Source: Octopus bimaculoides
Taxonomy: Eukaryota
Length of the DNA stretch: 64,000 nucleotides
Assembly: GCF_001194135.2 (NCBI RefSeq)
Contig: NC_068990.1
Coordinates: forward strand, 25,019,959 to 25,083,958
Reading direction: 5' to 3'
Shown: positions 12,050-25,539 of the stretch, piece after piece
Numbering within the stretch: the stretch's first letter is position 1
Layout of the letters: each line of letters opens with the position of its first letter
The notes under the pieces: model-generated
What the model saw: only the letters and a program-made list of their open reading frames with translations
What the model was told of the DNA's origin: nothing
Databases searched by the model: none
Translations under genes and position numbers: made by a program

Positions 12050-12400
12050 TGGCCCAGGTTTTGATCCTATTGAACACCCTCTATTGGAGGTATAGGGCTG
12101 GAAGACACCATCTCTGAAGCTAGTATGCTTGCTCCGTGCTTGACGTTGTAGAAAACCTCAGTGGCCTAGATGATATGAGAAAGACAGCCATCATCCACAG
12201 AAAAGAACATAACTCAAAACAGCAAAAGGATAGCCTCTAAGTGCAGGTTGTGTGGCAAAGACTACCATTTATGCATTGGATTGTTCAGCCACAAAATGTT
12301 GTGCCAGTGGAGTGGACAAGGGAGACCATCCATGGTCATTAATGTCAGCTGGAGGTCAAATAGATAAGAGCCATGTAGAGGCTACCTCTATATTTCTGTT
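12050..12400 (+). mobile_element. Degenerate RTE/BovB-like LINE 3' end
   Basis: Frame at 12236-12310 reads SKCRLCGKDYHLCIGLFSHKMLC, matching the C-terminal CxxC..H..IGL.SH...C finger of RTE ORF2. Confidence 0.55.
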
Positions 12401-12499
12401 GTTGCTCACAGCCTGCAATAGTGTTTATTGTTGATCCAACTGTTTGCATGAGTCACAGATGAAAAGTGTGTGTTAGTGCTGCCACACAGACCAGCGTTT

Positions 12500-15072
12500 C
12501 TCAGACCTTTTATTTTTCAACCATCATCCCACTTTTTTATTACTAATGCTTTTGCAACATTTTCTTGCTTTTAGTTCAACAAATATTCTTTTTTAAATTG
12601 CTGCCAACAAATTGATCAACATTAAAATGTCTTGCACATATGTCGTCGTCATCAAACATCTATGTTCCATGCTTGGTGTGGGACAAAGAAAAAGAAAGCA
12701 GAGAGAGGAAGGCAATAAAAAAGAACAAGTCATCATCATTATTATATATGCAATCAGTTTTATTTGACAAAAGAGGTTCAGCGTACACATTGAAAGGCCT
12801 CTCGATACACTATTGTAATTCCCTAAACAAAAACGTTACATCTCCAACATCACCAATCATCCTCGACATCCTTAATTATTATTATCATTATTATAATCAT
12901 TATTATGCACTCATTCACTGCAGCCAGAGAAGACAATTTCTCTCCTGCTACAGACGTAACCTTATTGTTTGCTACAAGAGCGGCAGATAGAGCAAAAAAA
13001 AAAAAAAGAATTTTTTTTTTACCTTTGAAAGAAGGAATAATTCCAGAATTAGAAATGGAATGAGATAGTTGTTATTTTTGTTCTTTTTTCCCCCTTAAAA
13101 AGTTTAATATATAAAAACCAAAATATTTTACAAATTATCAACAAATGCTTTAAAGTGCTCCAGCGTCTTTATTTTACCAGGATCTGGTGCAAAGCTTAGG
13201 TTTTACTCTGCAAAAATATTGCCAATTCAGATTGAGTGTTATNNNNNNNNNNNNNNNNNNNNNNNNNNNNNNNNNNNNNNNNNNNNNNNNNNNNNNNNNN
13301 NNNNNNNNNNNNNNNNNNNNNNNNNNNNNNNNNNNNNNNNNNNNNNNNNNNNNNNNNNNNNNNNNNNNNNNNNNNNNNNNATCTCTGGAACAAAGAAATA
13401 AAACAGCAAAAATGGCACGTTCATTGTCTCTGTGTGTGTGTGTGTGTGTGTGTATGTCTGCCTATGAATGTGTGTCCGTGTGTGTTTTTTTTCTCTTCTT
13501 GTTTTTTTCAAGTGTTGCTGCTTTGTGGAGAAAGATGTTAAAGCAATTCGAGAGGTGGAATGCAATGGGTGACCAATTTCACAAAGAACAGCCGTTAAGA
13601 ATACAAAAACAAACCACAAACAAAAACAACAAAATATATATATAAGTAAAAAAAAAAAAAAAGGAGTTTGAAAATACATTGGATGGCATCGCTATCATGT
13701 TATTGAAGAAACAGCCAGTTATACAGCAACACCACCAGCAGTAGTGGTTAGCAATGCTGATATTGCTACACTTGCTCAGACAGCAGAAAGGAACATCATC
13801 GCAATACGTACATTCTTCAAAACAGATTATGGAAGAAAAAAAATATACAAAAACGAAATGGTAGCGCCAAAAAAAAAAAAAAAACAATGAATAAATAAAA
13901 TAAATACATAAATAAGAATGAAAACAAAAATTTCAAATCAAAATAAAATTGTTGCCCTCCCCAACCCATCTTCCCCTTTGTTACCCATGGAAAATAACAA
14001 TTTTTTAACTTTTTCAAATAATGTATTAAATAAGAATTTGATTAAAAGAAAAAAATTATATATATATATATGTAACAAAAATGAAAAAAGAAAAAATTCT
14101 TATTGTCCTGTTTGTTTGTTTCAGAGATGAAAATTTTGTGGATTGATTTAGAAGAAAGAAAGGATTTAAAAAAAAAAAAATGAAAGATTAAAATGGTTGC
14201 AGACGAGCAATTTTCTGTCTGTTGTAATAATCACTGGCAACAATTTCTCCTACAGTGACGGTTAGATTGGTGCTCGCCGACTCCCTCTAATTTTATCACA
14301 GTTATACATCATGTGGAGAAATAGAAAAAGCACTAAAATTTGTTACACATTGCTACAAACGTAGATTCATCGTACGTGTAGGCACACGGCTTTGTTTTGT
14401 TTGTTGTTTTGTTTTTTTCTGTTGTTTTCATAATATTTTCGTTTTTGTTTTGTTTTTTGGGCCAAACAAGGACAGCAGCCTTGTCTATCTGTCTAAGTTA
14501 AGAAATCAGACAGGGACGGTCCAGTTATTATATTTGTCATTCATTGGACAAAGCAGAGGTCAGGATTGAAGTTTTAAAAAAAAATTCACAATATATTTTT
14601 AAAAAAAACCAAATTCTTCCAACTTTGATGTTGGGCAAGAATATTGAAACACATTGTAGTTTTAATTGTGCCAGCAGAGAGACAGTTACCTCTCAGAAAT
14701 AGTGGAGAAACTTGTCTGACGCTATAGCCAATGTTTTATAGCAATCAAGATGGCTACAACAACTAAAATCAGAGCCACAGCTAGGATTATTAGATTACGT
14801 GATGTTTTAAGCAGCCAAATAAGGTTGTAAATGTTATGGCTGTGATCTTGTGTTGACTCCATAGTGGTCATGGCATGAGTAAGTGGGAGAGAGAGAGAGA
14901 GAGAGATAAATAGATAGGGTAGAGGAGTCCGATAGTTATCAAGAAAGCTTCTGCAAGGATTGATATTGCTGTGCAAAAAGCTTTGCTATTAGATAAATAG
15001 GTTACTGGCAGAAACCACAACAGAATCCTGACTGATTGCAGTTGGAGTGGAAACAGAATGATTGGAAGCAGT
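12500..15072 (-). other. Probable long U-rich 3' UTR of the spectraplakin (about 2.5 kb, spans an N gap)
   Basis: Follows the stop codon; TE-free, many long T runs on the - strand; AATAAA candidates on - strand near 12425, 12510 and 12540; the exact end is a guess. Confidence 0.5.
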
Positions 15073-15335
15073 TCATTTCTTTTTCAGTTTTGGAATCTTC
15101 GAACCATGTCTCAGCGACGTTACTGATGATGAGCTTGAGTGAGCCACATGTGATCCACTTCTGCTTGGGACTACATGTGTTTGGTAAGTCATTGTAGTTT
15201 GTTTACGACCACCCAAGTTCCGAGTTTCAGTCTGCACCGTCGTGTAAACTTCAGGTTCACTTGTTTCTGATATATCACTTCCAGTTCGGCTTGGTGGGCG
15301 ACTGCCTGTACTTGAACAACGACTTGTGGTACTCA
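15073..15335 (-). CDS. MACF1: Spectraplakin terminal coding exon with SxIP motif
   Basis: tcttcttttag|(V)[19 protein letters not shown]...[11 protein letters not shown]; SRPPSR and C-terminal SKIP (15091-15102) typical of EB1-binding spectraplakin tails. Confidence 0.92.
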
Positions 15336-18300
15336 CTAAAAGAAGAGGAAGAAAAATCAAAATATGTATTTATCTATTTATTCAGACCACTCTGTCAAAT
15401 GTAATGCTTGGTTATTCACATCAATTTGATTTGAATTAGTCAAGCATTATCTTGTAGCTTTGAAATTTCAATGACAGGAAGGTTTATTTTTAGAATAATA
15501 TTGTAGGGTAAGCGTGAGAGGCCAGATCTGACTAGTTTAAATGCTAAAGATGGAATCATTAATCTCTTATATCAATGGTTCTCAAATGCAGTCTATATAA
15601 GATTTTGCTGTTAAAATTTATGTGCAATAAATTACTTCTACTTCTACAATATTCGAAATATTTTAACAATTTTTTAAACATCAAATGACTTCAAAGGGTC
15701 AATAGAGAAAAATAGAAATCAAAGGGTTCATCGGGCAAAAAATGGTTGAGAACCTTTGGATTTATAGTAAGAACTGATAGCATTTGCCAAAGGATTAACC
15801 CTTTTGTTGTTATATCCCTGTTGAATTACACTGCCTTGTTTCAATGAATTTTGAGGGTTTTAATTTAGATCACTTTAAAACAGGGAATTTGTATCATAGA
15901 ACCAGGAATAGTCTCAGACAGGTTGGGTTCAAAAGGATTAAGTCACACTTAGTTTGGGATGATTCTGTTTCAATTTCTGAAAATAATGAAGAATTTAGTA
16001 AAATAGTTTTGTCCTTATTAGCCTGATGTTTTGAACATGAATAACATGAAATTTATGGAAGTTTTAATTAAGATCACTTGTAAATCTATTAATGACCTGT
16101 AGGGACACCATATTTCATTATGCAACCATAATATACTATAAAGTATATTAAACGTTTTTATAATTCAATACTGTGTTAACAGTGCTATCGCATCACTTCT
16201 TAAGGTTATTTCTACAGATTTACCATAGAAATTGTAGCCGGCACTAATTTTGTTATTTTGAAATCATAATATACTACGAAGAATATTAAACGTTTTTATT
16301 TTTTTTATATACAAAATATCATAACAAAATCAGTGCTGGTTATAATTTCTATAGAGAATCTGCAGAGATAACCATAACACTTGTAAAGTGTTTGTATCAT
16401 AAAACTAGGGCAAGCTTGAGCAGGTTGGTATCAAAAGGTTAAGTGAAATGATTACAACAGAAGCCAGAGCCTCTACATAGTTATTCAAGCTGCAAGAAAT
16501 CGCAACCAAATCCTCAAATCATATACTACTGCCTTAAAAAAAAGTGAAGGAAAACAAGATGGTCTCAACTGCAACATTAGAAATTTGAATACAAATCTAC
16601 TGGGGGTCTGAGTTCAATGAACACCAGCCAGGTTATCAACCTGATTTTGACAATTTATTTTTGTGTTGTTTGCTGTTTCTCAATAGATTCCCAGAGACAA
16701 TATCAAAATGGACAAAACTAAATCTTAGAGAGGAGTTTTAGTGTTCTATTTCCTCAACCATCTTCATACCAACCTAAACAGGACAGATTATTTCAGTGCT
16801 TTAGTCTCTAGCGTTCTATATTACCTACATGGTCCTGCTGGGGCAGTATTTTCAAGAGCATACTCAACTGTATTGACCTTGGAAAGATGAAAAGCACATT
16901 TCAACCTGGATGGGATTTGATAGAAGGGACATCACCATGTTATTTTGGCTGATACTCTAATGAGGCTGCAATGCACCCACCGACCTTTAATTAAAACTAC
17001 GTGAGATTTACAGACATTAAGTGAATGTTCATAGTTTTACACATACCTGGACTTGCCACTCCACCAGGACTACGCATGCTACGAGGGGTCCCAGCTCCTT
17101 TGGAATATCTAGAGTATCGACTGCCCGCATCAGACCGGGCCATAATTTGTCTAACCTCAATATCAGGATTTGACCGAATACGTTGCCGATAGTTGTTAGG
17201 GTGATGGGCTCGACACTGAAAAAATATTTTAGAAAAAGATGTAAATATTTTATAATTACAAAAATAGAATTTCAACAAGTGGAATTTTATAAACTTTTAT
17301 AGAACAAATACTATACATTCAACAGTTTAAAAATACATAATTTTTAGATTTAAAACAGAACGGTGTGAGAATAATTAATAGTTTCTAGTTTTGGGAGGTT
17401 TTGTGGCATATACAATACATATATATATATGTATATATTCTGACACATTCTGATTGAATCTTCCATGTGTTAACATGTACTTCCTTGCGACATTGTAAAC
17501 TTTCATTTAATCCAAATATCCTTGGCCTGCGATAAACACTTCACTTGGATATTTACCACTTCCGAGATTCTGCTCACTATAAAACATATGTAGCCCAGAT
17601 CTTATCTACTCCATTCCTTAACTCTTGTGTACTTATTTACATACACAGTAACCCTGGTTACCTACTTTTTTCAGTTTATCGTACTTCAATAAGAAAAAAT
17701 CCATCCACGACCTTCCGTCTCAATAAACCACTCTTGTACCAGAAAGTTGCTTTTTTATATTTACTACGGATTGCTTGAAGCTAACTTTCTTCCTACACCT
17801 TGATCCTTGGATCTTATATATGTAAAAACATATGTATCCTACATACTACGTGAAATGTTCTGTTGTCATCTCTCTTAGTCCCATTAAGTTTTGATGTACC
17901 CCAATAGTTGGTGAATTTTTGACCCTCTACACATTTTTGTTGCATAACATAATTTGTATCTACCCTTGGGTACCAAAAACAAGGGAAAACACTCAAAATT
18001 TTTTAATTACCTGATCTCTATGTCCCCTCCCCACCAGCATATGTTTCAAAAATTAAATAGACACCAAATTCTTATATATGTTAGCAATCATAGTTTAAAT
18101 AATGTGTATTCTGAATTTTGCTCCAAGATGAGGTGAATCTCAGAGTAGACTGTCAACTTTTAATAAAACAGACATATCAATGCCCTTTACCTAACGCATT
18201 GACTTATACATCAGATAATGTCTGAACTATGCAAAATATATTTTTTTAATATACTTCATAATTTTTACTATTACTTATTGTAATATACATTACAATACTA

Positions 18301-19824
18301 CTGCTATTCTGAATACTATTCTGTGTCACAATGTACATTATGATACATCATCATCATTTAATGTCCATTTTCCATGCTGTCATGGGTGGGACAGTTTGAC
18401 AGGATCCAATGGGCTCAGGATATGCATCATATTCCAGTGTATGCTTTCTATGACTGGATGCTCTTCCTAATACTGATCACTTTACAGAGTGTACTGGGTA
18501 CTTTTTTTTCATGCCACCAGCACTAGTGAGGCTGTCATTCAGTTTGCAAGAATACACATATCCCATACTTTTAGTTCAAGGATTGCAATGATAGTACCAT
18601 GAATGATAGGTACAAATGTGATAGTGTAGTTAAATAGGTTGCTTCCAAATTATATTGTTTCAGGTTCAGCCCCATTGCATGGTGCTCTGAACCAGGCTGA
18701 CCAAAGCCTTGTGAGTGGATTTGGTAAACAGAAAGTGAAAGAAGCCCATCATATATGTGTGAGCACACTTGTCTCGACATCACATGATGGTTGTAAATAA
18801 GCATCAGTCATACAAGCAATGATGTTCATGTCTGACCCTGGGAAAATGTTACCTTACTTGGAAACAGTTGAAGGTTAGGGACAGGAAGGGCACCTGAACA
18901 TAGAAAATCTGCCTCAACAAATTCTATCTGACCTTTACAAGCATGGAAAACTGGATGTTAAAATGGTGAACAAAATTATGAATTAACTGCTTAAGCCATA
19001 ATAATTTTAAAATTTAAGAATAAAATTCAGAATGATATTTAAAAAAAAAAAATTGTCTTTACCTTTCCAATGTGACCACTAGCAGAACTTGCAGAGCGGC
19101 CACTTAAAGAAGCAGTACCTGAGTATGTAGAACTGCCAGAGTATAGGCTACCAGGAGGGGTCTTGGTGAAGAGTCCAGTCATAGACTGACCAGTGCCTTG
19201 AGCCAAAATGAACTGCTCCCGAAGCTCCAAATTAGTCCTTCCTTTTGCTAAAAAGGATAAATAATATAACCGGTAAGGTTTGGAATATGGTGAAAAAATA
19301 AATTTGCAGATATATATATATATATTAAATAACAGTAATAGCAATAACAATCATAATGATAATAGAAATGACAAGAACATTAATAACAGAGGCTTGTGAA
19401 AATGCAAAGATTTTCCCAAATTTATAATAGAGACATGGCTGTAAAATTATACAAGCAACAACCTTTGCAATCAATTTATGTCAATAACCTATCAATAAAT
19501 AGATTAAGGCTCCATTTAATTCAGGGCTCATTACAATCAATTTCTATTTATAAGCATGGCAGACTCTGGGTTTTATATTAATTCAACTATTTTAACAGAA
19601 TAAAAATAATCATTTCAACTAAAGGTACAAGGCCTGAAATTTAGGGGGAGGGGACTAGTCGATTACATTGACCCCAGTGTGTAACTGGTACTTATTTTAT
19701 CAACCCCCAAAAGGATGAAAGGCAAAAATCAACCTTGGCAGAATTTGAACTCAGAATGTAAAGACGGATGAAATGCTGGTAAGAATTCTGCCCAGTGTGC
19801 TAACAATTCTGCCAGCTCACCACC

Positions 19825-19880
<56 letters not shown>

Positions 19881-22800
19881 CTGCTTAAACTTAGAGGGGT
19901 GTAAGAAATGGGAAAAAAATCAAGTAAGGTAATGTAAGAAAGTAAACTGAAGTACTTCTATGACAAAATGAGATGTTTACTGTATTTTTAAATGGTGTAA
20001 TAGCAAGAAATGGTGTTTATACCTTCAATATACACCTCTTAGCTGAGAAACCAATAGCTTAAGGCCAGAACTACTGAGATACTGATTAATACTAAAGACA
20101 TTAAATTGATGTCTTGTTGGAGTATTGCAAAAGGGTAAGAAGACAATGTGCCATTGTTAAGCCCTATGATAAAAGACATTCCAGCCATGACCACTTTTCA
20201 GGTACAATGTATCTAATATTACATTATTTAATGAAGTCTTTCTTTAACCCTTTAGCATTTGGATTACTGTCAAATTTAATACTTTGTATATTCACACTGT
20301 TTTGAATTAATCATACATGGATCTCCGAGCTTCAAGATTTTAATGGAGTGATTGTTTATTTTTTGACTGACACTATGTAGGGTAGGTGTGAGAGGTCAGA
20401 TCTGGCTGATTCAAGCATAAAACAGATATTAAATTTTGGCCAGATATGGTTGGCTTAAATGCTAAAGCGTTAAAGCAGCAGAGCACAATTTCTGGCAGGT
20501 TAATTGACCATGTAAAAAGACCCTTGTTGACTGAAGCCACTGTATGTGTGCTTGTATGTAGAGAGAGAGAGAAAGACAGAGACAAGGGAGCAAGGTTCAA
20601 ATCTAAAATTGAAGATTTACAATGGATGATATTTCCCTTTACCAGTCAGAAATTATAAAAAAAAACTCAGAGTTGAAAGAATATTTATTACATAAATAAT
20701 TTTAGGAATACCTTTAAGCAATGCAAGTAAGAAATTAGGCAAAATATGCAAAGCAATGCCAGTAAATAAAGACAGGATTTTGTTTCACCCTACATAGGTT
20801 GTTTAATGTTTCTATAATATTTCAGGAAAACCTTCCCTTATCAAATATAAGATAAGAGAAAAGAGTTTGGAGAATAAGTGCTAAATCTTAGCAAAGGAAA
20901 ATAATTTTGAGAAACATTTATCTTTAGACTATCTATCAGAGGCTGAAAATTTTACCTCCTCAAGACAAGACAGAAGAGACTATTTTAATTGGTAAAAGGG
21001 ATAAACAAGTCAGATCATATCCAATAGAGAAATTGATATCTCTAGTGATGTATTCTCATTATGTGGAGGATATAAATATTGTAACTGTTTTGTGATATCT
21101 AAAGCACAGCAATTCACAATTGCAGAGATATTAATGTCTATTTAATCAACACAAGTGGAGGCACGATGGCCCAGTGGTTAGAGCAGCGGCCTTGCAGTCA
21201 TGGAATTGCGATTTTGATTCTCATACCAGGCGCTGTGAGTGTTTATTGAGCAAGGGGTGGTGACGAACCCTGCTGTACTCTTTCACCACAACTTTCTCCC
21301 GCTCTTTCTTCCTGTTTCTGGTGTACCTGTATTTCAGAGAGCCAGCCTTGTCACACACTGTGTCACGCTGAATCTCCCCAAGAACTACGTTAAGGGTACA
21401 TGTGTCTGTGGGGTGCTCAGCCACTTGCACGTTAATTTCACAAAAAGGCTGTTCCGTTGATCAGATCAACTGGAACACTCGTCGTTGTAACTGACAGAGT
21501 GCCACAAATCAACACAAATTATTAACAAAACTTCAGAAGATACAATTACAGAGTTTTTATAAGAATTATTTAAGAATGTAACTAATAAATACGGAACATT
21601 CTTATATTGGCAAATTTTCTATTATTCAGAAAATGTCTCGATAAATTAGATATTAAATAATAATATAGTTCAACAGTAAAACTGTTGGCCTTATAGGCTG
21701 TAGACAAGGGCCAGTGAAGACACAAGAAATTAAGCCTAGACAATAAATCAAAGGCAGTGAAAACGTCAACTTTTACAAGATGAATATATGTGTTTAAAGT
21801 ATAAATTAAATACTTTTCTTTTTAATGAGTGAACGACATGTTTACATATATTGAGAATTTTGAAGGCCTAATTTGATGTACCATAAGTAGAAACTTAATA
21901 AAATATCAAATGTTTCTAATGGCATTTCCAATGTATCAGTCTCAAGTGAATGGTACCTTATGTTTGAGATAATCAAATGTTACCAATTTAACAACGTTAT
22001 TCTCACAAAATTACATGTTTTTTATATTTTTTATATCAATGTTAGCAGAATAACAATCAAACCTGTATGAAATTCCAAAAGCTGTCAACTCAGAAGAGGC
22101 ATATATCATATTGCATTAAAACAAAAATTTATTTTAAAATGGCATTTATAATTTAAATAATTAAAATACAGTTTACCAAACAAATTTTTAAAAAAATACA
22201 ATCTTTTTTTTGTCATTTAAACGATTGAACAAATTTAAATATTTTTTTTTTACTAAGTTTAAAAAAAAAAAATATTGAATTTCTCTATCTAAGATTGATG
22301 CAGAGAAAAACAGAAAAAAAAACATGCAATATATGAAGTTAGCAACCTGAAAAAAAAAAAAATTGAGATAAAAAAAATATTGAAGGTCAAAAGCATTGAT
22401 CCATGCAATAGCCACCAGCTGTTGTTATAGCGCAAGTTAAAAATCATTCAATAAATATATAAATTGGCCAACAAGTCCTGCAGTGGGAATACCAAAAATA
22501 CAAAAGTAAAGAAATAAAAAAAAAGAACCCAGCAAATTAAGTAAACAAAAAACAAACAACAAACGAAACAATTAACACTTCAATCATTAATGAAAATTAA
22601 AAACCTTGCACACATCATAAATATAAGCAATAATAAAATAAAATAAAACCCAAATAAAGACAACAAAAATACAAGAATTTGTCAATATTAAAAAAAAAAA
22701 TCATTTACAAGCAAATAAGCCCTTGGATAATGCAGAGAGAGAGAGAAAGAAAGAGAGGGAGAGAGAGAGAGGGAGAAAGAGAGAGAGGAAGAGAGACAGA

Positions 22801-24001
22801 CAGAGATATTCAGGTGCATTTTGTGTGTATGTGTGGTGTATAGTGTGTGTGTGTGTGTGTGTGTGTGTGTAAGGATGGGTGAGGGATTAGCAAAATCAAA
22901 GCGATAATATCTCTAGGGTGGGACGGTGTTTATAAAAGCAACAAGAACAGATATTAAAACGGTGATGCCTCATTTTCCTTTTGCTGGAACATGCACGGAA
23001 AAAAAAAAATACACGAACAAAACCAAAAGTAGAAATTTAAAAAAAAAAAAAAGGAAAACTAGCTTTTATTAAATTCTGCTGTAGCATACATTTTTCTTTA
23101 TATATCAAAATAATCCTTTTCTTTAACAAAAAAATGTCTTAGCTTGTTATTGAGAAGCTCTGTCTTGATCAGTTGGCCGAGTAAGGTTAATTCTAAGAGT
23201 AGTAAGAACATTGGTAGTAAAAACATTATCTGCCAGAACACCCTAACATCCAAACTGTTTTTAGGTTTATTAGTAAAGAAGAATTTTGGGGGTGGGCTGG
23301 GATGGAGAGGTAAGTAAGACTGGGATGGAGCTCTGAGAGATAGAGAGAGAGAGTGTGTGAAAAGAGACCTACACCCAGCACTTTCGGGAAACCACTGTCT
23401 GAAATGATAGCAACTGCGCTTCCACAGGCCAACTTTAAAAAAAGCAAAATAATAAAAAGAAGGAAAAAAAATTAACAACGGAAAATAAATTAAAAAAAAA
23501 CAAACATTTTTTTTTTTATGAAGATAAAAAGAAGAAGAAAAAATGGTGATATGTAAATAAATGTAAATAAAAATGCTTAATGGTGTGACTTCCCCCAAAA
23601 ATCCAGATCACCTGTAGTTACCATACTTACTATTAGGAAATGAGAGTTTTCTCAACGGTCTTTTTGTATCTTCTGGGGATAATGTAAAGATACCTTTAAG
23701 AAAACAGGGGCAAACAGGTATAGAAATCATTATGAACTTCTATCCTAAAAATGGTCCCTAAAAAAATCTAAGGTGTAATTTAGGAATAAAAGATATTTTA
23801 ATTAAAAATAATGTGTGTGTGTGTGTGTGTGTGTGAATATATATATGAATTAAAACACATACACCACAGCAAGACTATTGCTATAAAATTTATAGTAAAA
23901 AAAATAGTTGTTTTCTATCATCATCATCGTAGGGTTACATATAAATATATATACTACATACACATAAATATATCTATACATGTATGTATGTATGTATATA
24001 T

Positions 24002-24032
<31 letters not shown>

Positions 24033-25487
24033 CGTACATACACTCATATATATATAAAAACAAAAGAAAAGTAGACAGAAAAACAAATTAAAAGAAAGAC
24101 AGACACTATACAACACATCCAATTAGAGAGATGGGGTGGGGACCAACCATGAGCCTATCCGAAATGTATGGATTTTTGCTTAAAAGTAATAACCATCTGT
24201 AACCCCACAGAAACACAGGATTAAAAGTCCATCAAGCTATCTAAGAATAAATAAAAATAAACAAACACAAATATACAGTATTCATGTCCACCATGCCCAA
24301 AATGTCTGTATAAGATTGGAAAGAGAATATTGGAATTTGTTGAGTTTGGAAATGTTCTTAATTGTTTTTCATGTAGATTAGAAATCACGCAACATCTTTG
24401 ACTGAAGTGCAGTGACTTTCAACCAGTTTCATATGTTTTTAGTACCACAACAGGTACTCTTTTGACATGGAGGAGATAAAACTGTAAATCCGAACGACTA
24501 CATTTCTACTTTTTAGGGCTCGCTGTTTATTCAACAAACCCTTTGACATGAGAGTAGGCCTTTATTTCTTTGTGGTTTAACCCTTTTGATACCAACCCAC
24601 TAATGATTACCACTGGGTCTATGATCCAGACTTCCTGCCTAAAGTGATCTAGATTGAAACTCCCTTCATTAAAGTGTTTCTATTCTAAACACCAGTTTAA
24701 TCACAACAAAAGTTATTTCACTACATTCTTCATTATTTTCAAAATTCATTGAAACAAAGGCAGTGTATTTCAACAGAATAATGGCAAGAAAAGGGTTAAC
24801 CCTCAGGAACATCTTGAGACAAGTTTTAAATTCGACATTAAGGGTATTTAACTTCACTACTTTAATCCCTGTGCCTCTCTAAAATAAACACACAAACATC
24901 ACACAGTTTGCTTTTTACCTTCATTCTATCACACTAGCATATATTGGACACAGAGAATTTATAATACACCATACTATCCAATAATGCAGAGAGACAGGGT
25001 TGGCTATTTACACAAATATTTGATCAATACAGATCTCCTCTAAACATTACATAATCTACATTTACTTATTATCTTCCAAGCTGTATTCTTCACTGAGTTC
25101 TCAGTGTAAAAGAATTGTTTAGCTAACAGCAGACGAGAATTGTAAATAAAGGAAAGATATCCTGAAGAAGAAGCAGCAGCAGCAGTAGTAGCAGCAGCAA
25201 CAGAAAATAAGAGCACAACTGAACATTATTGTGGAATATTTGTCGACAGGTGCTGTTGAAAATACACTGACGTTGACAGGTTTAGCTTGGACAATAGAAA
25301 GGTTTACCATGAGCGGAGGGAAAAGTCACTGAACAAAACCACACAAGTGGTGCGTTCCCACTTAGCGCGGTAGTAAACTCTAGCAAGTTTGCAGCGAGCT
25401 GGATAACACTGCTTCATGTATGGAAGTGGGCAAGCTGTATAAACAAAGTTAAAGCAATTGTGAACATCTCACAATTATGGCAAAGAA

Positions 25488-25539
<52 letters not shown>

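Noticed and set aside
13579-13887. 102-aa Cys-rich minus-strand ORF in the 3' UTR
   Set aside because: Starts at TTG in a T run, compositionally driven, no recognisable Cys spacing or splice support
14989-15072. Stop-codon readthrough of the spectraplakin TGA into the TM ORF (same frame)
   Set aside because: The TGA is followed by A rather than the CTA readthrough context, and tandem TAA TAG stops intervene after 27 codons
17460-18050. Unique-looking block that may be a decayed coding transposon
   Set aside because: Multiple stops in all frames and no motif I can name
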